A DNA stretch of 62,151 nucleotides, counting the filler, from Dugesia japonica (lineage: Eukaryota), in assembly GCA_001938525.1 (NCBI GenBank). It is 6 parts of 6 records of this genome, joined end to end, with 100 filler letters (N's around TTAATTAATTAA, not from the genome) between each part and the next. Parts side by side here need not be neighbours in the genome. Positions count along the whole stretch, not along the records: positions 12,081 to 23,611 come from MQRL01496429.1; positions 23,712 to 33,495 come from MQRL01469306.1; 4 more parts are not named here. One strand, 5' to 3'. The notes under the pieces are model-generated. The model was not told the DNA's origin. It did no database searches and worked only from the letters and a program-made list of their open reading frames with translations. Below, piece by piece: positions 12,600 through 27,019 of this stretch (the first letter of the stretch is position 1; every line of letters begins with the position of its first letter). Both the position numbers and the translations under genes were made by a program.

Positions 12600-14300
12600 G
12601 TCAGATATGTTTTTGTATGTTGCAGCTGTAAAAATACAATATCAATTCTTCTACTCAGTTTGGCGGTTATAGTTTCAAGATTTGTAATGTGAGACATTCA
12701 TTAATACCGTTTTTGCATTATTTCTGATGGCTGTGAAAATAATTGTTATTAACTTGTTTTCTATGTAATTTTATTTTTGATTACCTAACTTAGTTGCCCA
12801 TATCAATATCTCTCTATTTACTATTAATGACGACCACGTGTACCTTTGAAATATTATTGTTCTTTTATTCGTTAGATGTATATATATGTATATGTATGTG
12901 TATGTGTATGTATCTATATTCAATAATACACCGACCAAGATAATATATCTGTCAAATCACAAATTCAAAGATAAACCAAATTTTATACATAAATTTATTG
13001 AAAATTAACCGCTGGAATTTCTAGGAAAAATAATATTTATTAACCTTCATAATGTTGTATACCGTTCATACCTGAAATGAAAATAAAGGAATGGCTGTAT
13101 AAAGTATAGAACGTAGCACATAATTTACATATTTTGCTCATCGTTTAATTTATCTTTTGTTGTCGTTTTTTCAACCACTAACAAAATAGTTTGCTTAGAT
13201 TTCAATAACTAGAACGTGATAATCATTGTAACCATAGTAAATGGAAGAGGGATGTACAGTTTGCGAATCTTGAATAATTTAATGATTAAGGATAAATATG
13301 ACTTGAGAAATATTATTGGGGTTATCCTTTTGCAGGATTGGTTAATAGCTTCATAAACCTTTACGTAGAACAAGTTTAATGTAATAAGTAAATAGTCTTT
13401 ACCATCCCAAATCTTGAAAACTTGTACTGCTATTGGGGCAGATTCAAACCATGTCGAATATATCGTCCGGTAAAATTCCGTGTGAGTAAAACATCAAGTG
13501 CAACATTTTTGAAGTATTTAATAACTGCCTCGTGTGAAAATCCACTCCAATATTTTGTTGAGTTATAACACAACAAAATATCTTAATAACATTGAAAAAT
13601 TAGGAATTGATGTGACATCAAGATCAAAGACGATTGCATTTAAACAAGTAATACAAGAATATGACGCAATCCTTGGAAAAATTAAATTGAAGTTAATCGA
13701 AAAAATTTCAATTAAATATGTTGAGGTCCAGGCTTCTGATGGTGTACTTGATACGTTTAATTTCTACAGTTATCTCTCATTTCCGTCTTTTCTTAATCTT
13801 TTGTTGTTAAGGCGTACATAGAACCCGCAAGTATTTATAACATCTCTTTGTTATGCTTCTCTTTACAGGATTTAGCGCGATTTTGCTGTATAACATCCGA
13901 ATGATTGGATTGATGTTTACTTACGCTCAGTAATTATTCTCGTTTTAGTTTAACGTAATTATTATACCGGCGCAACATAACGGTATAGAAACAATTTGAA
14001 TATTTACTGATTCAATATTTATTTACTTAGTTATACAACAATTTTACTCATTCTGTCGTCCTTCTACGCATCTAAATCCACCACTGCTTTTAGTCTCCTC
14101 TTTTTTCCCGATAGATAACTCGGCCATAGGATGCGAAGCGTGGGAATATTTGCAGCCTCTCTTGGCATATCCTAGGATGAGAACAGTCATCAGGCAATTG
14201 CCCTACTGTGAAGCCAATTTTCGTTCTTCATGTCTGATGCCCTGAGTTTCCGACTTTGTAACCATTTGATTAAGTTGAAGAATCCCCGTTTTTAAACCCC
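12600..14300 (-). mobile_element. Highly degenerate Penelope-like retroelement RT remnant
   Basis: Faint motifs only: LDVLLTRNFTGRYI (compare FLDV...RKPTFTGRY) near 13455-13505 and NIP.LR near 14135-14150. Confidence 0.3.
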
Positions 14301-14929
14301 ATTTCTTCTCTCTCCATATTTTGGCCATTGCCATGACATCTGTTTACATCATTTTGGTTCGACACATAACCAAATTTTTATCAATTATAAATGAGATAAT
14401 CATTAGCTATTTGTATTATGACAAAATAAATATTTCCATATGAGTTTCNCCATTAACTTTGAATTCATCGTTTAAATTAGAAAGGATTATTAGTCTTAAT
14501 ATAGCTTTGGATTCTATTTCATTGCTTTATGCTGTTTTTAGTAAAACTTATTTCGTTTCATTTGATGACCATAATTTTTTTTAATTCTCTCACAATTTTA
14601 TGTAATCCTTATATTTACAAGCACTGCACGGCAACTCAGGAATCATTTTTAACACTGCCACTGAATTTGCATGATAAAGAAAACAAAGCAACCAAAAAAA
14701 TTAAGTCAACTAAAAAGAAAACTGGGACGTACATATCACTTTCAGTTAAAAAATTTGGAATTGACATAAGCTACAACATCAATTTATTAGCTATACTCAA
14801 ATGATAATTGTTCAATAGAGCCACTCAGACTCATCAGCTCTTGTAGAATTCTCCTTTCTTCCTCACGCTTTCTTCAATTCGTTCACGGACATTCTAGCCA
14901 AAATAGTCACCGGCAATTACTCAAACGCT

Positions 14930-16260
14930 TCCGTCAAAAATGTCTGACAGACTTAATAAGCATGATCAATGTTTTTGGTGATAAAGAACTAACATTATCC
15001 ATTCCAGGAATATTCACAATTGTTGATGTACGCAGACCAATTTTAGGATCCCATTTCCTGTCAATTTCAGGTTATTGGTAGATTGTCACAACAATCGTAT
15101 TCTTAGGATACAGAACAATATTATGAGCATATAAAATCAAACTTGTCTAAGAATCGAAACTTCCATAGCATCAGTAAAGAAGAGTTTACTGATCAGAAGA
15201 AATTGTCCTCAGTCAAAAAAATAATGACTTTGATGACATGCTCATTCCGGAAATATTTTTCAACCAAGTAACATCGGTGGTCTTAACCATTTGTAATTGT
15301 CAAAAATAAAGATGGAACTTTTCATCCATCACAACATCAGACCAATAATCATTACCCATAATAAACGACAGTTTGGAGAGAGTTTCAGGTTGTTTATTTT
15401 TTTTACTTTAGATCTTATTATCAAATCCCATCAATAAGGAGGATCGACATAAAGCGGGCTATGTTACCGATTCATGAAGAAGCATTTAAAAATGCTATAA
15501 AAACAACTTACTGAGATAGTTGATATGACAATACCAAACTACCCAAAAGCATTTGTTTTATGTATTGATGCATCTTGCACAATAATCAGTGGTAGTTCCA
15601 ACCACGAAAACAGTGTTAGTCAATTATGTTCTATATAATTTTTCTCAAGAAAGTTAAGGCCTGCAGAACGAAGATATTCAAAATTCGATATATACCTTCT
15701 GGAATTATATCTTTCAGTCGAGCATTTCAATCACTACTTACTTTGCAGCAAATTCTTTGTCTGAACAGATGATATCATACCAATGAAAAATCAATCTGCG
15801 CCACAGTGGAGATGGACAGAGCTTCTGAGTTAATTTGATATGCAAATTTAGTATATTAAAAGATCTGATAATATAGTAGCTGACTCTCTGTCTAGAAAAT
15901 ACACAGACCATGAAAGAAATTGAACACTCCAGACCTAGTCAAAAGCCAGAAAGACGAACAACATTCCAAAGATATACAAAGTTACTCTCTGAAACTGATA
16001 ATATCACTGGAAGGTTTTCTGATTGAAACCTCGAAGGCTAACACGAGAATTGTTCTGATTGAGTGTGTTACCCTTAATGAATTCTAAAGACTTCATAATC
16101 TGTGTCATTAAGGATTAAATGAAACAGTTATATTACTGACAAGTCGTTATGTTTGGCCAGGTAGAAAATCCAAAATTCGTAAATAGTGCAGATTTTGTCA
16201 GATATGTCAAGTCAATAAAATTACTTGGCATATGAAAAGAACCACAAAACAGGTAGAAAA
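14930..16260 (+). mobile_element. Degenerate Ty3/Gypsy pol (protease, RT, RNase H, integrase zinc finger)
   Basis: DVRRPILGSHFL; FVLCIDAS; FFSRKLRPAERRYSKFD; NIVADSLSR; LHNLCH...RYVWP...CQICQVNK; many stops. Confidence 0.8.
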
Positions 16261-16779
16261 ATGATTTCTACTGTCCTTTTATAATCACAAAATTTATAGC
16301 TCCAACAAACCCAATTGAGTTGCCAAAAAGAAAGAATACTGAAAAGAATAGAATGACTTAAAAATGAGTTTAATTTCGTGAGAGCAAAGTTATGCATTGC
16401 ATAATTCTGTTTTGTTTTATTAAATATATTTTGGTGTTAGCGTGATTACTTAATGTTTGAATAAAATATTAACAATGATCTTACTCCTACTAATTTAAGC
16501 CGATAATACTTACGCTAGTAAAATTTAAAGACATCGAAGTCAGAAGGCTCTCAAAGTTAAATTACCAAGTTATCTAATTCGATCAATTTTTACTAGATGA
16601 TAGAGTTTGAGTACTCAACGCAATCAAATATTATACGGTTAATTTGAAGTTTATAAATTAAATTAAATATAACGAAATAGAATATATTAAACAAAATAAA
16701 TATATAATGATTACATTAATTTCCGCACAATTAAATTAAATCGAGTATGTTTAGTTCTTTTCGTCAAATAAATCCAACA

Positions 16780-17370
16780 TACTTTATTCTCTCTATTGAG
16801 ACATTGACTTCCCATATGTCCTTTCTTTCTACAACTCAAACCTTCAATCTTTCGAACTACTCTTTAATTATTTTACTGAATTCGATTCTTCGTTTGAATT
16901 AGTCTCCTCCATTCTCACGTAGTCTCAGTCCAATACTGTCTCGCCACATTAATAAATTCTTTCTTTACTTCCACTTTATCCAATAAAATAAATGTTTCTT
17001 TAATATCGTCCACTAATATTAATTTTCTCAAAACTACCTCTTCATAAATTTTTTCATTTTCTGACGCACTAATCAAAATTTTTGCCAATAATTTCTCTTT
17101 TGAAAAATCTTTGATCAAAAATACTATTTACTTATTTCTTCACAAATTCGTCAATTTAGAATGTATTTCGTCTAAATATGGCCAACTCTTTTATTTCTTG
17201 AATGCCTTTCTCTTTCTGAAACGCTATCCTTATACGCACAGGGAGCCCTACTACTTTATTTGCCGTCTTCATATATTTTCCAATTAATTCATAATCCAGA
17301 AGAAAAATGACCACTTGTTTTTGCTCTTTCACATAATTAATTCCTATTGTTAGAAATATAACCCACACTT
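16780..17370 (-). pseudogene. Degenerate Gypsy gag fragment, related to the gag at 5905-6381
   Basis: ORFs 17156-17368 and 16915-17118 align by eye with the other gag copies (RIRIAFQKEK, KDFSKEK); knuckle remnant near 16800-16840. Confidence 0.6.
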
Positions 17371-17447
17371 CCCAATAAAAGTATCCTAATCATCTTATTT
17401 CCTTAAATTCTTTGGTAACAGTCTTTATGTTATGGAATAAAGGTTCA

Positions 17448-17459
17448 CCGCTGCAACCA
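17448..17459 (-). promoter_or_regulatory. tRNA primer-binding site TGGTTGCAGCGG
   Basis: Follows ...CTCACA (putative LTR end) directly on the minus strand and lies upstream of gag; close to the common Gypsy PBS TGGTGGCAGCGG. Confidence 0.65.
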
Positions 17460-18126
17460 TGTGAGAAACATCAATATTAAATTCCATATTTTCATCAAAC
17501 ATATTTATTTAACAATAAATACTCAGTTAAAATTAAAATGCTAAAAAATCAATAATGTATATTTTTATAATAATTTACAAATACTTTTAAATTAAGATTT
17601 ATTAAAAAATTTTAATTAATTACACTACGAAATGAATAAGAAAATTTACAATTTAAAAACAATGAATAATTAATGATAAAATAAAATACCTTGCAATTTT
17701 TTAATTTCCTAAAAATTCTTATTATTCAAAGAACTTGATCAAATTATTTACATAAAAATATACACAATTTAAATTTAAAAAATCAACATACATTAATTAT
17801 CTCTAACAAACTATATAATATTTGAATTGATTAATTAACATTTATTCATTCAGATTTACTCAATTTTCAACGGTCTACATAGTAGTACTGAAACATACAC
17901 ATGCTTATAAATACGTATGACTGCATTTTATATGTACTAATTCAATCTTAATCACTATTTTTGCAAGTATTATGTTTTTATTTTATTGGAATTTACATGT
18001 TACTCAACCCTAACACATTAGTTAAAATACAAAATTAAAAATAAATTTCAATAAGATTTAACGAATAAAAAAGTCGACCTGAAAAAATTTTCTCCCTAGA
18101 GAGGGAAGTTGGTTCCGTGCGTCACA
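17460..18126 (-). mobile_element. Putative 5' LTR (~667 bp)
   Basis: Minus strand begins TGTGAC and ends CTCACA (TGTGA/TCACA inverted termini), followed directly by the PBS. Confidence 0.55.
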
Positions 18127-19459
18127 ATCCCTATTATCTATATAATTCCTTAAGCTCAGTAATACATTTTTAATAAAGTCTTCATTAGAGAACGGTTTGT
18201 TGTTTGTTATAGTTATACGAAAATAGCAAAATTTGTCTCTACAACAGCCTTTTGTTCACTTATTTATCAAGCCAAAATATTTTGTTGTTTAAATAAATTT
18301 TGAATCAAATTATCAAATGTTTTATTTCCTCTGAAGTTAAATTGGCACCATATTCGATATAATTAGTATAGAAATTTCTTTTAATATTATGATATTTGAA
18401 CACTGATACATTTTCCTGGCATATGAGACAAATAACCTTTTTATTCACTTTTCATTAAACACACGTCACTCATGTTCCATTTTTTTTGGATTCATTTTAA
18501 TAGAGTGTAAATATTATTTCCATGAGTACTAAAGCTTAGACGAGATCCAAAGCCATTGTGAAAGACAAACTTTAAAAAACTAATGAATTGATTTATTATT
18601 CTTGAAGAAAAATGAAATACATGTCATTTCACAGATAAATCATGGTTTTACCCGCTCTCATTTATCCTAATTAGGCACGGTTTAGCGACTCATGGTGTTG
18701 CTTCCATTCACACAGTTTGCATGCATCTTCAAATTCTTGATTTGAACAAAATCATAAGTGATAAAACAATTCATAAGTCAACATTTAAATTAATCGATTA
18801 TATATTTAAATTTAACTTTAAAATAAGTCGTTTTCTTAAAAATACAATTATAATTTGACAATTTCTTAAAATAGATTTCATTCCTTTTATATTGATTATT
18901 AGAGGCGATATGTATTATTAATATTAAAATAGTCTAGCCTTAAAAGGGCAGTTTAAATTTTCAGAATTTGAAAAAGAAGAAATCTGTTTCATGAATAATA
19001 AATTTTGAGAAGAATTTCATTTGATTAATTTAATGAATTTACACATTTTTATACATTATACAATAGCAATAACAAAGATAATTAAAGTCATAACAAAATG
19101 TGTAAACAATCTGACAATATTTTCGAGTTAGAAACAAGAAAACCAGTTATTTGCAGGGGTCTATCGTTTTATAATAAAATACTCAAGAAATTCAATTATT
19201 AAAATTTGGCAAACAAAAGTTTACAAATCTATTTAAAAAATTAAACATACAAAAAACTATTTGACTAACTTTTCAAGTACATTTAATTTTTATTTATAAT
19301 AAAATCAGCGTTTTGATTAAATTTCTAAATAAATTATAAATTAATTATGAGTTTAATCAAAAGTCTTAATTCCCATAACAAATTTATTCAATAAGTTCAA
19401 AATATATCTAAATCTTAAAACACAATATTTTAAAAAAATATTTAGTTTTTTGTAATATT

Positions 19460-22200
19460 CAACTTCTCTCCCTCTTTCTAGAATCTTCATCACTTTAACC
19501 ATTCGATTCTTAGAAATCTGTAACCTTGCGGAGTTTCTAACCTAATTTGATGAGATGTAAGAAATTCAGTACATTTATAAGGACCTTTATAGAGTAAATC
19601 ATTCTTCTTCTATTTTTTAGGGTCTTTCCTTACTAATAGGTCTTCACCTAATTCGAATTCGCGACTAAAACGGTTTTTCCTCAATTTATCATTGTCTGCG
19701 ATCCTCGTTTAATATTATCGTAAGCTTTGTTTTTAATTTTGTCCTCTCCAAAGTTGTGTTATTATTTGTGTGAATATTTATCTTCCTCCTATAAATGATT
19801 GCCATTGGTTAGAATCCAATTGACTTTGAGACAGTGCAATTAAATGCAAACTCTACTCTAGGAATAAGCTAATTCCAAAATTATTCCTCCACCCCAACTT
19901 TCATTAAAGTCGCTATCAGGTCTCCATATGTTCTTATTGCTCGTTCAGCTAATCCATTAGATTTATTTTCATATAGGGACGTAAAGACCTATGCAATATT
20001 AAGTTTACGAGCTAGACTTTGTAATAATTTCCCTTCAAATACTTTACCACGGTCTGTCACAATTTTCTGTGATTTTCCATAGAGTGCTTTTTACAGCGAT
20101 TTCATTTTGATTGCTTGTTGCAGTAAGACTAATCATTTTACTAAATTTATGCATGACAACAATCATATATCTTTTATTTGATCGACCAATATCCATATAT
20201 GCTATATCCATAATGATTTTTTCCATGGGATTACTAACTTCGCACGCAATAAATTTCTCTTGAACCTTCTCACTACTTATTTTCATGCATATGCAAAATT
20301 AACATTGTCATATTATATTTTGAATATCGTTTATCATATATGGCCAGAAGAAATAATCTGATAAATATTTTTTAGTTTTCTTCATTCCAACATGACATAC
20401 ATCTTTGTGTACTTTATTAACAAAGTCGTTTATTTCATTTAATGTTACTAAGATCTTGCAAACCCCATCACGTCCAATGATTATCAAATCATCTTCTACA
20501 AATAAATTATTCAAGTGTTTTCTGTAAATTGATTCATTTAGATCTTTAAGAATTTTTTTGTCTTCTCAAGAGAGGTATTTTTTCACATTAATAAACAATA
20601 CATTGCTCTTAAATCTGTTAATATAGCTATTCACATTGCCTAAAGAATCATCTAAAACATTCAAATATTTCTATTTAAACATCTTAATTTTAGCCTCTAC
20701 GTGTTCGGTTTGACATTGAGAACAATAACTTCAAAGAATACGAGACACACATTCTGTTGCTCACTTTTTCTTTATCTAAGCTCAAAATCATATTCTGCCA
20801 ATTTGATTATCTAGGTTTGAAATTGTGGCGTAATTTGTTTATGTGAACGCTTAATAAATTCTAATGCCTTGTGATCGGTTCGTGCTACAAAATATTTCCC
20901 ATATAAATAATGAATAAATAATGATATATTCATATAACACCAGCAACTCTTTACGTGTCACGCAATAACCCTTTTCATGAGCATTTAATAGTCTAGAGCT
21001 GTATGAAATTACCATTTCACGACCGTTTTGAATTTGGCTCAATACTGCACCGATTCTCTAAAGCTAGCATAAGTATCCAATATGAATTGGTTGCTTGAAT
21101 CCTGAAAACCTAATCTTAGTACAGTACGTAAATCTTGCTTCATTTCGTTAAAGCTTGTTTTACACTTTTTAGTCCATTGGATTTCTCATTTATGGCTTTC
21201 CGTTGCAGCGTATAATGGTTTTGCAAGTAACGAAAAATTCTTAACAAACTTCCTGTAATAGTTTGCCATGCCTGAAAAGGAACGTAATTACTTAGTTCAT
21301 TTTGGTATTTCTGATTTTGCAATTTCTAAGACTTTCTCAGTATTAGGCCCAAATCCATCTTTGCTAACTGTATGGTCCAAAAATAACAATTCACTTTGAA
21401 ATAGCTTACATCTATTTGGATAGATTTTGAAATCAGAATTCTGAATTCTTTAAAATATATTTTCAAGTAATTTATAATGTTCTGATCAACCTTTTGCAAA
21501 TACTAAAATGCCTTCAAGGTATACAACTACATCTTTAAATAAAATCCCATTCAATATTGTATGCATTATATCTGAAATGTAGCTGGAGTAGTTGATAACC
21601 AAAATTGCATACAATTGTAGCAATGTTTTGTTTTNTTTGTTGAAAATGCAGTTTTAATCTTATCTTATTCGTTTAACTCTACTTGAAAATAAGCTTGTCC
21701 CACATCCAAAATTGAAAATATCATACAACCACAAATGTGATCAAACAAAGTTTGCGGTTCTGGCATTGGGAATGAAAACTTCTTTGTAGAATCATTTAAC
21801 ATTCTAAAGTCTTCGCACATTCTGATTAAGCCATTTTTTTTACCAACAATTACGATTGGAAAGCTCCAAGCATTTTCGATAATATCACTGTCTGTCAGTT
21901 GCTCCATCAATTCATCAATCTTCTGTTCCAGATGTATTGGTTGACGTCGAAGTTGTTGAAGAATTGGATCACCAACTGTTGGAATGAAATGTTTTACAAC
22001 ATGTGTTTTCCAAGATCAAAAGTATCTGCCATAAAAATATTTGAAAACCTCAGAAGCATTTCTTTTAAATCATTATCCTCCGGTTTAAAGGCTTCTAATC
22101 TTGCTTTAATACGATTATTATCAGTGAATTTGCTGTTAATGTTCTCTAAAACCAATATATTAAGCATTTTTAATTGAATATAAAATACATTAAATATATC
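19460..22200 (-). mobile_element. Ty3/Gypsy pol remnant (RT, RNase H, integrase) with polypurine tract
   Basis: AWSFPIVIVGKKNGLIRMCEDFRMLN; LDVGQAYFQV; GAVLSQ...ISYSSRLL...TRKELL; TDHKAL; HKDVCHVG...FFWP; SNGLAERAIRT; GPY; PPT AGAAAGAGGGAGAGAAG near 19464-19480. Confidence 0.9.
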
Positions 22201-23611
22201 GATTTCAATAAAACGAGGATAGTATCGTTAGTAGAGTGCTATTTGAGACAAATTCGGTTCAATTTATTTAATTTTAGCTAGTATTTTTTTTCGATAATTA
22301 TTTTTGATTATGGTTTAATTTTTTCTTTAGTTACAAATTCTTTCCATTTCTCGTAATTACTATTCTTTTACGTAGATTCTTTTTACTTTTGGTTTCCTTC
22401 ATTTTGAATTTTAATAATTCATTTTCTATTTGTAATTTTATTTTCAAATATTTACTTACTTCATCCGTTTTGAATTTCTCTTTTTCGTTTGTATCTGTCG
22501 CCACAAAAACAATTGAAAAATTTATTGTAAAAACGTAATCAACAATCACACAACAATTTATGACCATCTTTTGTCTTCTATTTTTCAAATCAAACAAAAG
22601 TTTTAAAAAATATACGGAGGTTTTTTAAAGTTTATATATGTATATGTGTAAATAAATTTTCAATTAATTTGATATATAAATTTGATATATTAATTTCTTA
22701 ATCAATAAGAATTGATTTAAATCACATTCATCTTAATCGGTTTTTTATTGGAATTTTATGGCTACAATGAATTGAACAATCGTTTCTGACTAAGAATATG
22801 TCGAAATATTGAACAATCTGATATTACAGAACAATTTTAATCATTACATTTTGACATTTCATTAAAATAAAGAAAAGCTTCAATCAAAATAAAATGTATT
22901 TTTTTATAGAAATTCAAATTTTCGGCACTTGTCTTCTTCAGGAATATGATGACTTTTTGATAGATTCAAAACGATAATAGATCTTTGTTACAAAATTCTT
23001 TATATTTTATCAAAATTATATTGGTTTATTTAAATTATAAATTTTTTTTTTAATTAAATCTCAAAATTTTTTAATTAAATCGAAAAATCTCTTAACTGTT
23101 TAATTATTAGTTGGATTTTGATATTTATTTTATATAATTTTTATATATTTGAAAATTTTTTTTTTCAATTTTAATTCAAATTATAAAATTAAATTTTTGG
23201 ATTTTAGCATTTTCCAATCAAAAACTTAAACTTATTATTTTATTTTATTAAATTAATTTTAATTTGGAATTTTAAACAAAACTAAATCCTATTGTTATAA
23301 AAAATGTTGTTTAATATATTTTTAATGTATGCCTAAATTATAAATTGATTAAAAGAAACCAATACCAAAGATAGAAATTCCATTGAACTTTCTCATAGTT
23401 TTAATTCTGCCATTCTAATCTCTATGAGATGACGATATAATGGAAATGTTTAAATCATATAATTGTTTTGAAAACATATTTCTATATTTTTTCTAACCGA
23501 AATTACATCTGCAAAGAAAATCAGCAGAAATAAATTATATTCCAAATTGATAATGATCACTTATCATATGCTTATAGATAGAATAGAAGATCTTACGTAA
23601 AATACATTCCT

Positions 23612-23711
23612 NNNNNNNNNNNNNNNNNNNNNNNNNNNNNNNNNNNNNNNNNNNNTTAATTAATTAANNNNNNNNNNNNNNNNNNNNNNNNNNNNNNNNN
23701 NNNNNNNNNNN
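23612..23711. other. Artificial contig linker
   Basis: Same N44-TTAATTAATTAA-N44 spacer. Confidence 0.95.
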
Positions 23712-23765
23712 TGTGATTATATAAATGAAATGAGATTTTTTATAAAATTATTTATATTTTATTAG

Positions 23766-23958
23766 TTCTGGATCAACTATTGCCCAAGTAATAGCTTTTG
23801 ATGAAGATGAAGGTAAAAATTCCGAACTTCAGTATTCATTTAAATCGAATAATCAAACTAATGATTTGTTTCTAATGCACGGAGAGTCGGGAAAAATAAC
23901 ATTACAGCAAACAATTAAAGAATCTCACAAAACTTGTTGCTATGTTCTCATAGTAGTG
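23766..23958 (+). CDS. Host exon encoding part of a cadherin repeat (cadherin/protocadherin family)
   Basis: Bounded by TTAG and GTAAG; open frame SGSTIAQVIAFDEDEGKNSELQYSF...LFLMHGESGKITLQQ...YVLIVV with the AxDxDxGxN calcium motif; absent from the ORF track. Confidence 0.85.
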
Positions 23959-24233
23959 GTAAGATAGCTTTTTTTAAAAATTATAATAAATATAAATATT
24001 TAAAAATGCGGCAAAGAATAAGTAAAATCAGTAAGTAGATTGGTCAGCATAATCCCACTATTTTGATTGGTCAATTCAACCCTCCGCTGATCAATATATT
24101 GATTTTCGATTTGATTGATTTTTTATTTTTGAATTTATTGATTTTTGATTTGATTGATTTTCGAATTTGATTGATAATTGATTTTTAAAGTGATTGATTC
24201 TTGAAAATCTTTCTAAACTTATATCCACTAACT

Positions 24234-27000
24234 CTAGAAAAAAGCTCCCAGTAACAATATTATCGCAGTTACAATATTAATACTAAATTTTTCTTCTTTT
24301 CTGTACTTTTCGAGCTCAATGTACTGTAGCTGGTACATTCGTAATTTGTTCAAGTTAAGGTCAGCTTTACCAATGTATCTGGGACAATTTAGGCATACTG
24401 ACTCTTTATTCATTAAAGCTGTAATAAGGCCTTCGTCAATCTTGATGAATTTCTGGAAGTTGGATTTATAAGCATATATTAGCAGGTTTTTACTTGTATT
24501 GCATAATCGCAAATCCGTTTTTTCTTTTAATTTTCGACCGATTTTACATACAAACTATTGTTCAATAGTTTGTAATAATATTTCTCAAGCTCACTATTAC
24601 ATTCTGCTCTTCATGCAGAAATTGTTTCAATATATTCTTCGAATATATGAGCTTGAGTAAATTTTACTGCTCAATGGACCACTTTATCTTCAACTCCTAA
24701 TCTTATGTACATTTGTAGCAGTTTTCAATGCAATACATAATTTTCTTTACCGTAATAAGTTAACATTAGCTTATTCACTTTTTTAAACAAACATTTATTT
24801 ATAAGTGAGTTTGTGGGTGACTAGGCCAAAATAATTCCTGAATTATTCGAATAAATCCGAGATCTATAGGTTCCTGTTTTATTAAATTTGCTTATTCAGA
24901 AAGAACTCAATTTGATTAAGTTCTTGTGCATTTAAGTCTAAACAGAGTTTAGTTTTGTATTGAGGGAAATTTAGCCTCATTGATCATATGATCTAAGTAA
25001 ATGTGATGGCTCACTTTGATTACTTTTTCGGTGGATATTTGAGAAAGTTTCATTATTTCATTCGAGGTTATACCAATTTGGTTGAGAGGCTTTTGATTAA
25101 AAGGTTCTTATAAGCCTAACGTGCCAATGACAAAAGCATCAAGTGTTTCCTCTTTGTGGAACTTTGAACTAATTTCGGCTCTGATTAAAAGTATTTCAAA
25201 ATTAAAATTATTTTATATTATGCAAAAATTATAAAATTATAAAAATTATTTTGTAAACTTATGTTCAAAAATAATTAAAGTTAAAATTAAAATTAAAAGT
25301 TAAAATTAAAAAAATTAAGTTAATTAATTAAAAATAATTAAAAAATAAATTAATTAAAATAAAATAAAGGTATTTCGAAATTAAAATAGATATTTTTATA
25401 TTATGTAAAATTATAAAATTATAAAAATTATTTTAAAAAAATTAGGTTTAAAAATAATTAAACCTACGGGTAAAATAAAAGTATTTTGGAATTTAAAAAA
25501 TCGATATTTTTCAAAAATATTTTATAAAAATTTCTCAGATTACTTGTTTGAATACGTTAAATTGTTCTTCATCATTTTTCACTTTAATCAAAAATCTTGT
25601 AATAATCAATAAAAATTTATAGAGAGTTGTGAGATTTAAAATTTAACTAATAGGAAGCAACCAGAACTAGAAAACTTGTTGCATAATTATATGGGAATAT
25701 CTTCGTTGACGTGTATTTATTTATGAGACTCCATTGTGAGAATTTGCTTATTCCAAATTTTAAGATATGATGAAAATCATACCTTCTTAAATTTTAAAAT
25801 ACAACAGGTAGTTGCATTTTCACTTTTCTGCTCAAATTACACTTACAGCATGCGGCGCCCAAATACTGACCAGTGATCATAGTCACGAACTAATGAAGAT
25901 AGTGTCTTTTTGCACAAATAATGATCTATTGCACCAAATGATAATTCCTGAGCTCTCGATATTATAATTTTCTTATTTTTGTTTTCTATGTAGTATGGAG
26001 TCACCACGTTCTGATTAATTTCTTGTAGATCCTTAAGGAAATTATATATGCAGGCATCTAAGATGAATTTTTTGTTTTTTTGTTAGTAAAGTTATTTAAT
26101 AATAATATTACTGCTGAAACCGGTATATGTTTCTGAAAATGAACATCATCTGTAGGAAGAACTGATTCCAAATCAGCATATACTAAAAATATTGGAGTCA
26201 AAGTCTTGGTGAAATCTTTAAACTCCAATTTTTTTCTGGTAGCATAGTATATAGAGTTGTACCGGTTAGAAATTTTTCACAAATTATCACATCTTTATCA
26301 AATGTTAATTTAAACCAAAATCTGTTTTGAGCACCAATTTGAAAAGATTTGAACACTAGATCTTTTAACATAACGATTCAATAAGAAAATGGTACTTATT
26401 TCCATTCTCTAGCAGCAAAAAATTATTTTTTTATCCATCGATTACTTTAGACGTAAAGATAATATCCAAAATGAGATGTTTGAAAACATTTTGATCACCA
26501 TTTTCTACTTCATTTGCATTCCATGAAAAGACATTAATGGCATATTCAGGATTTTATCTTTCAAATTTTCTTATATTATCTAATCTCATTGATATGTCTG
26601 ATTCATTGAACTGTAGCTCAGACATGTATTTTTTATATATTGCTGCTCTATTTCTATCATATGCATAAACCCCATTTTCTTTAATAATTGCTAAAATGTT
26701 GTAAATAAAGCATTTACTATCGCTATTCTTGATATTGACAATGACCATTTTCTTTTTTAGATTTTATGGAGATAGTATGTAACCATGACCTGTCAGTCTA
26801 CTCATATTTTCAATCTTGGTGATTTTGAAATTAACTTCCAAAATCCTGTTCAATATTCAGCTGGAGCCGAGCTTGTTTATTATAACTTTTTTTTGTTTAA
26901 TTGATTTATTCCCTCTTGGAAAAAATTATCACTTAATTGAATGGCTCTATTTGATATTCTGTAAATTTTTATTTCTACGTCCTTTATAAATTCAACGTTG
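24234..27000 (-). pseudogene. Polinton/Maverick protein-primed DNA polymerase B, degenerate
   Basis: IVNIKNSDSKCFIYNILA; VYADLES; a DHxH..GAAH..CNL-like motif near 25830-25890; ENYVLH...YIRLG; LNCPRYIG...LNKLRMYQLQY. Confidence 0.85.
24980..25190 (-). mobile_element. 3' end fragment of an RLE-type non-LTR retrotransposon (NeSL/R2-like) inside the PolB remnant
   Basis: TLDAFVIGTLGL*EPFNQKPLNQIGI resembles the RLE C-terminal consensus (DAFIVGSLGSWDPxNxxxLxxLGI). Confidence 0.55.
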
Positions 27001-27019
27001 ATGTCAAATTGAATTTTTA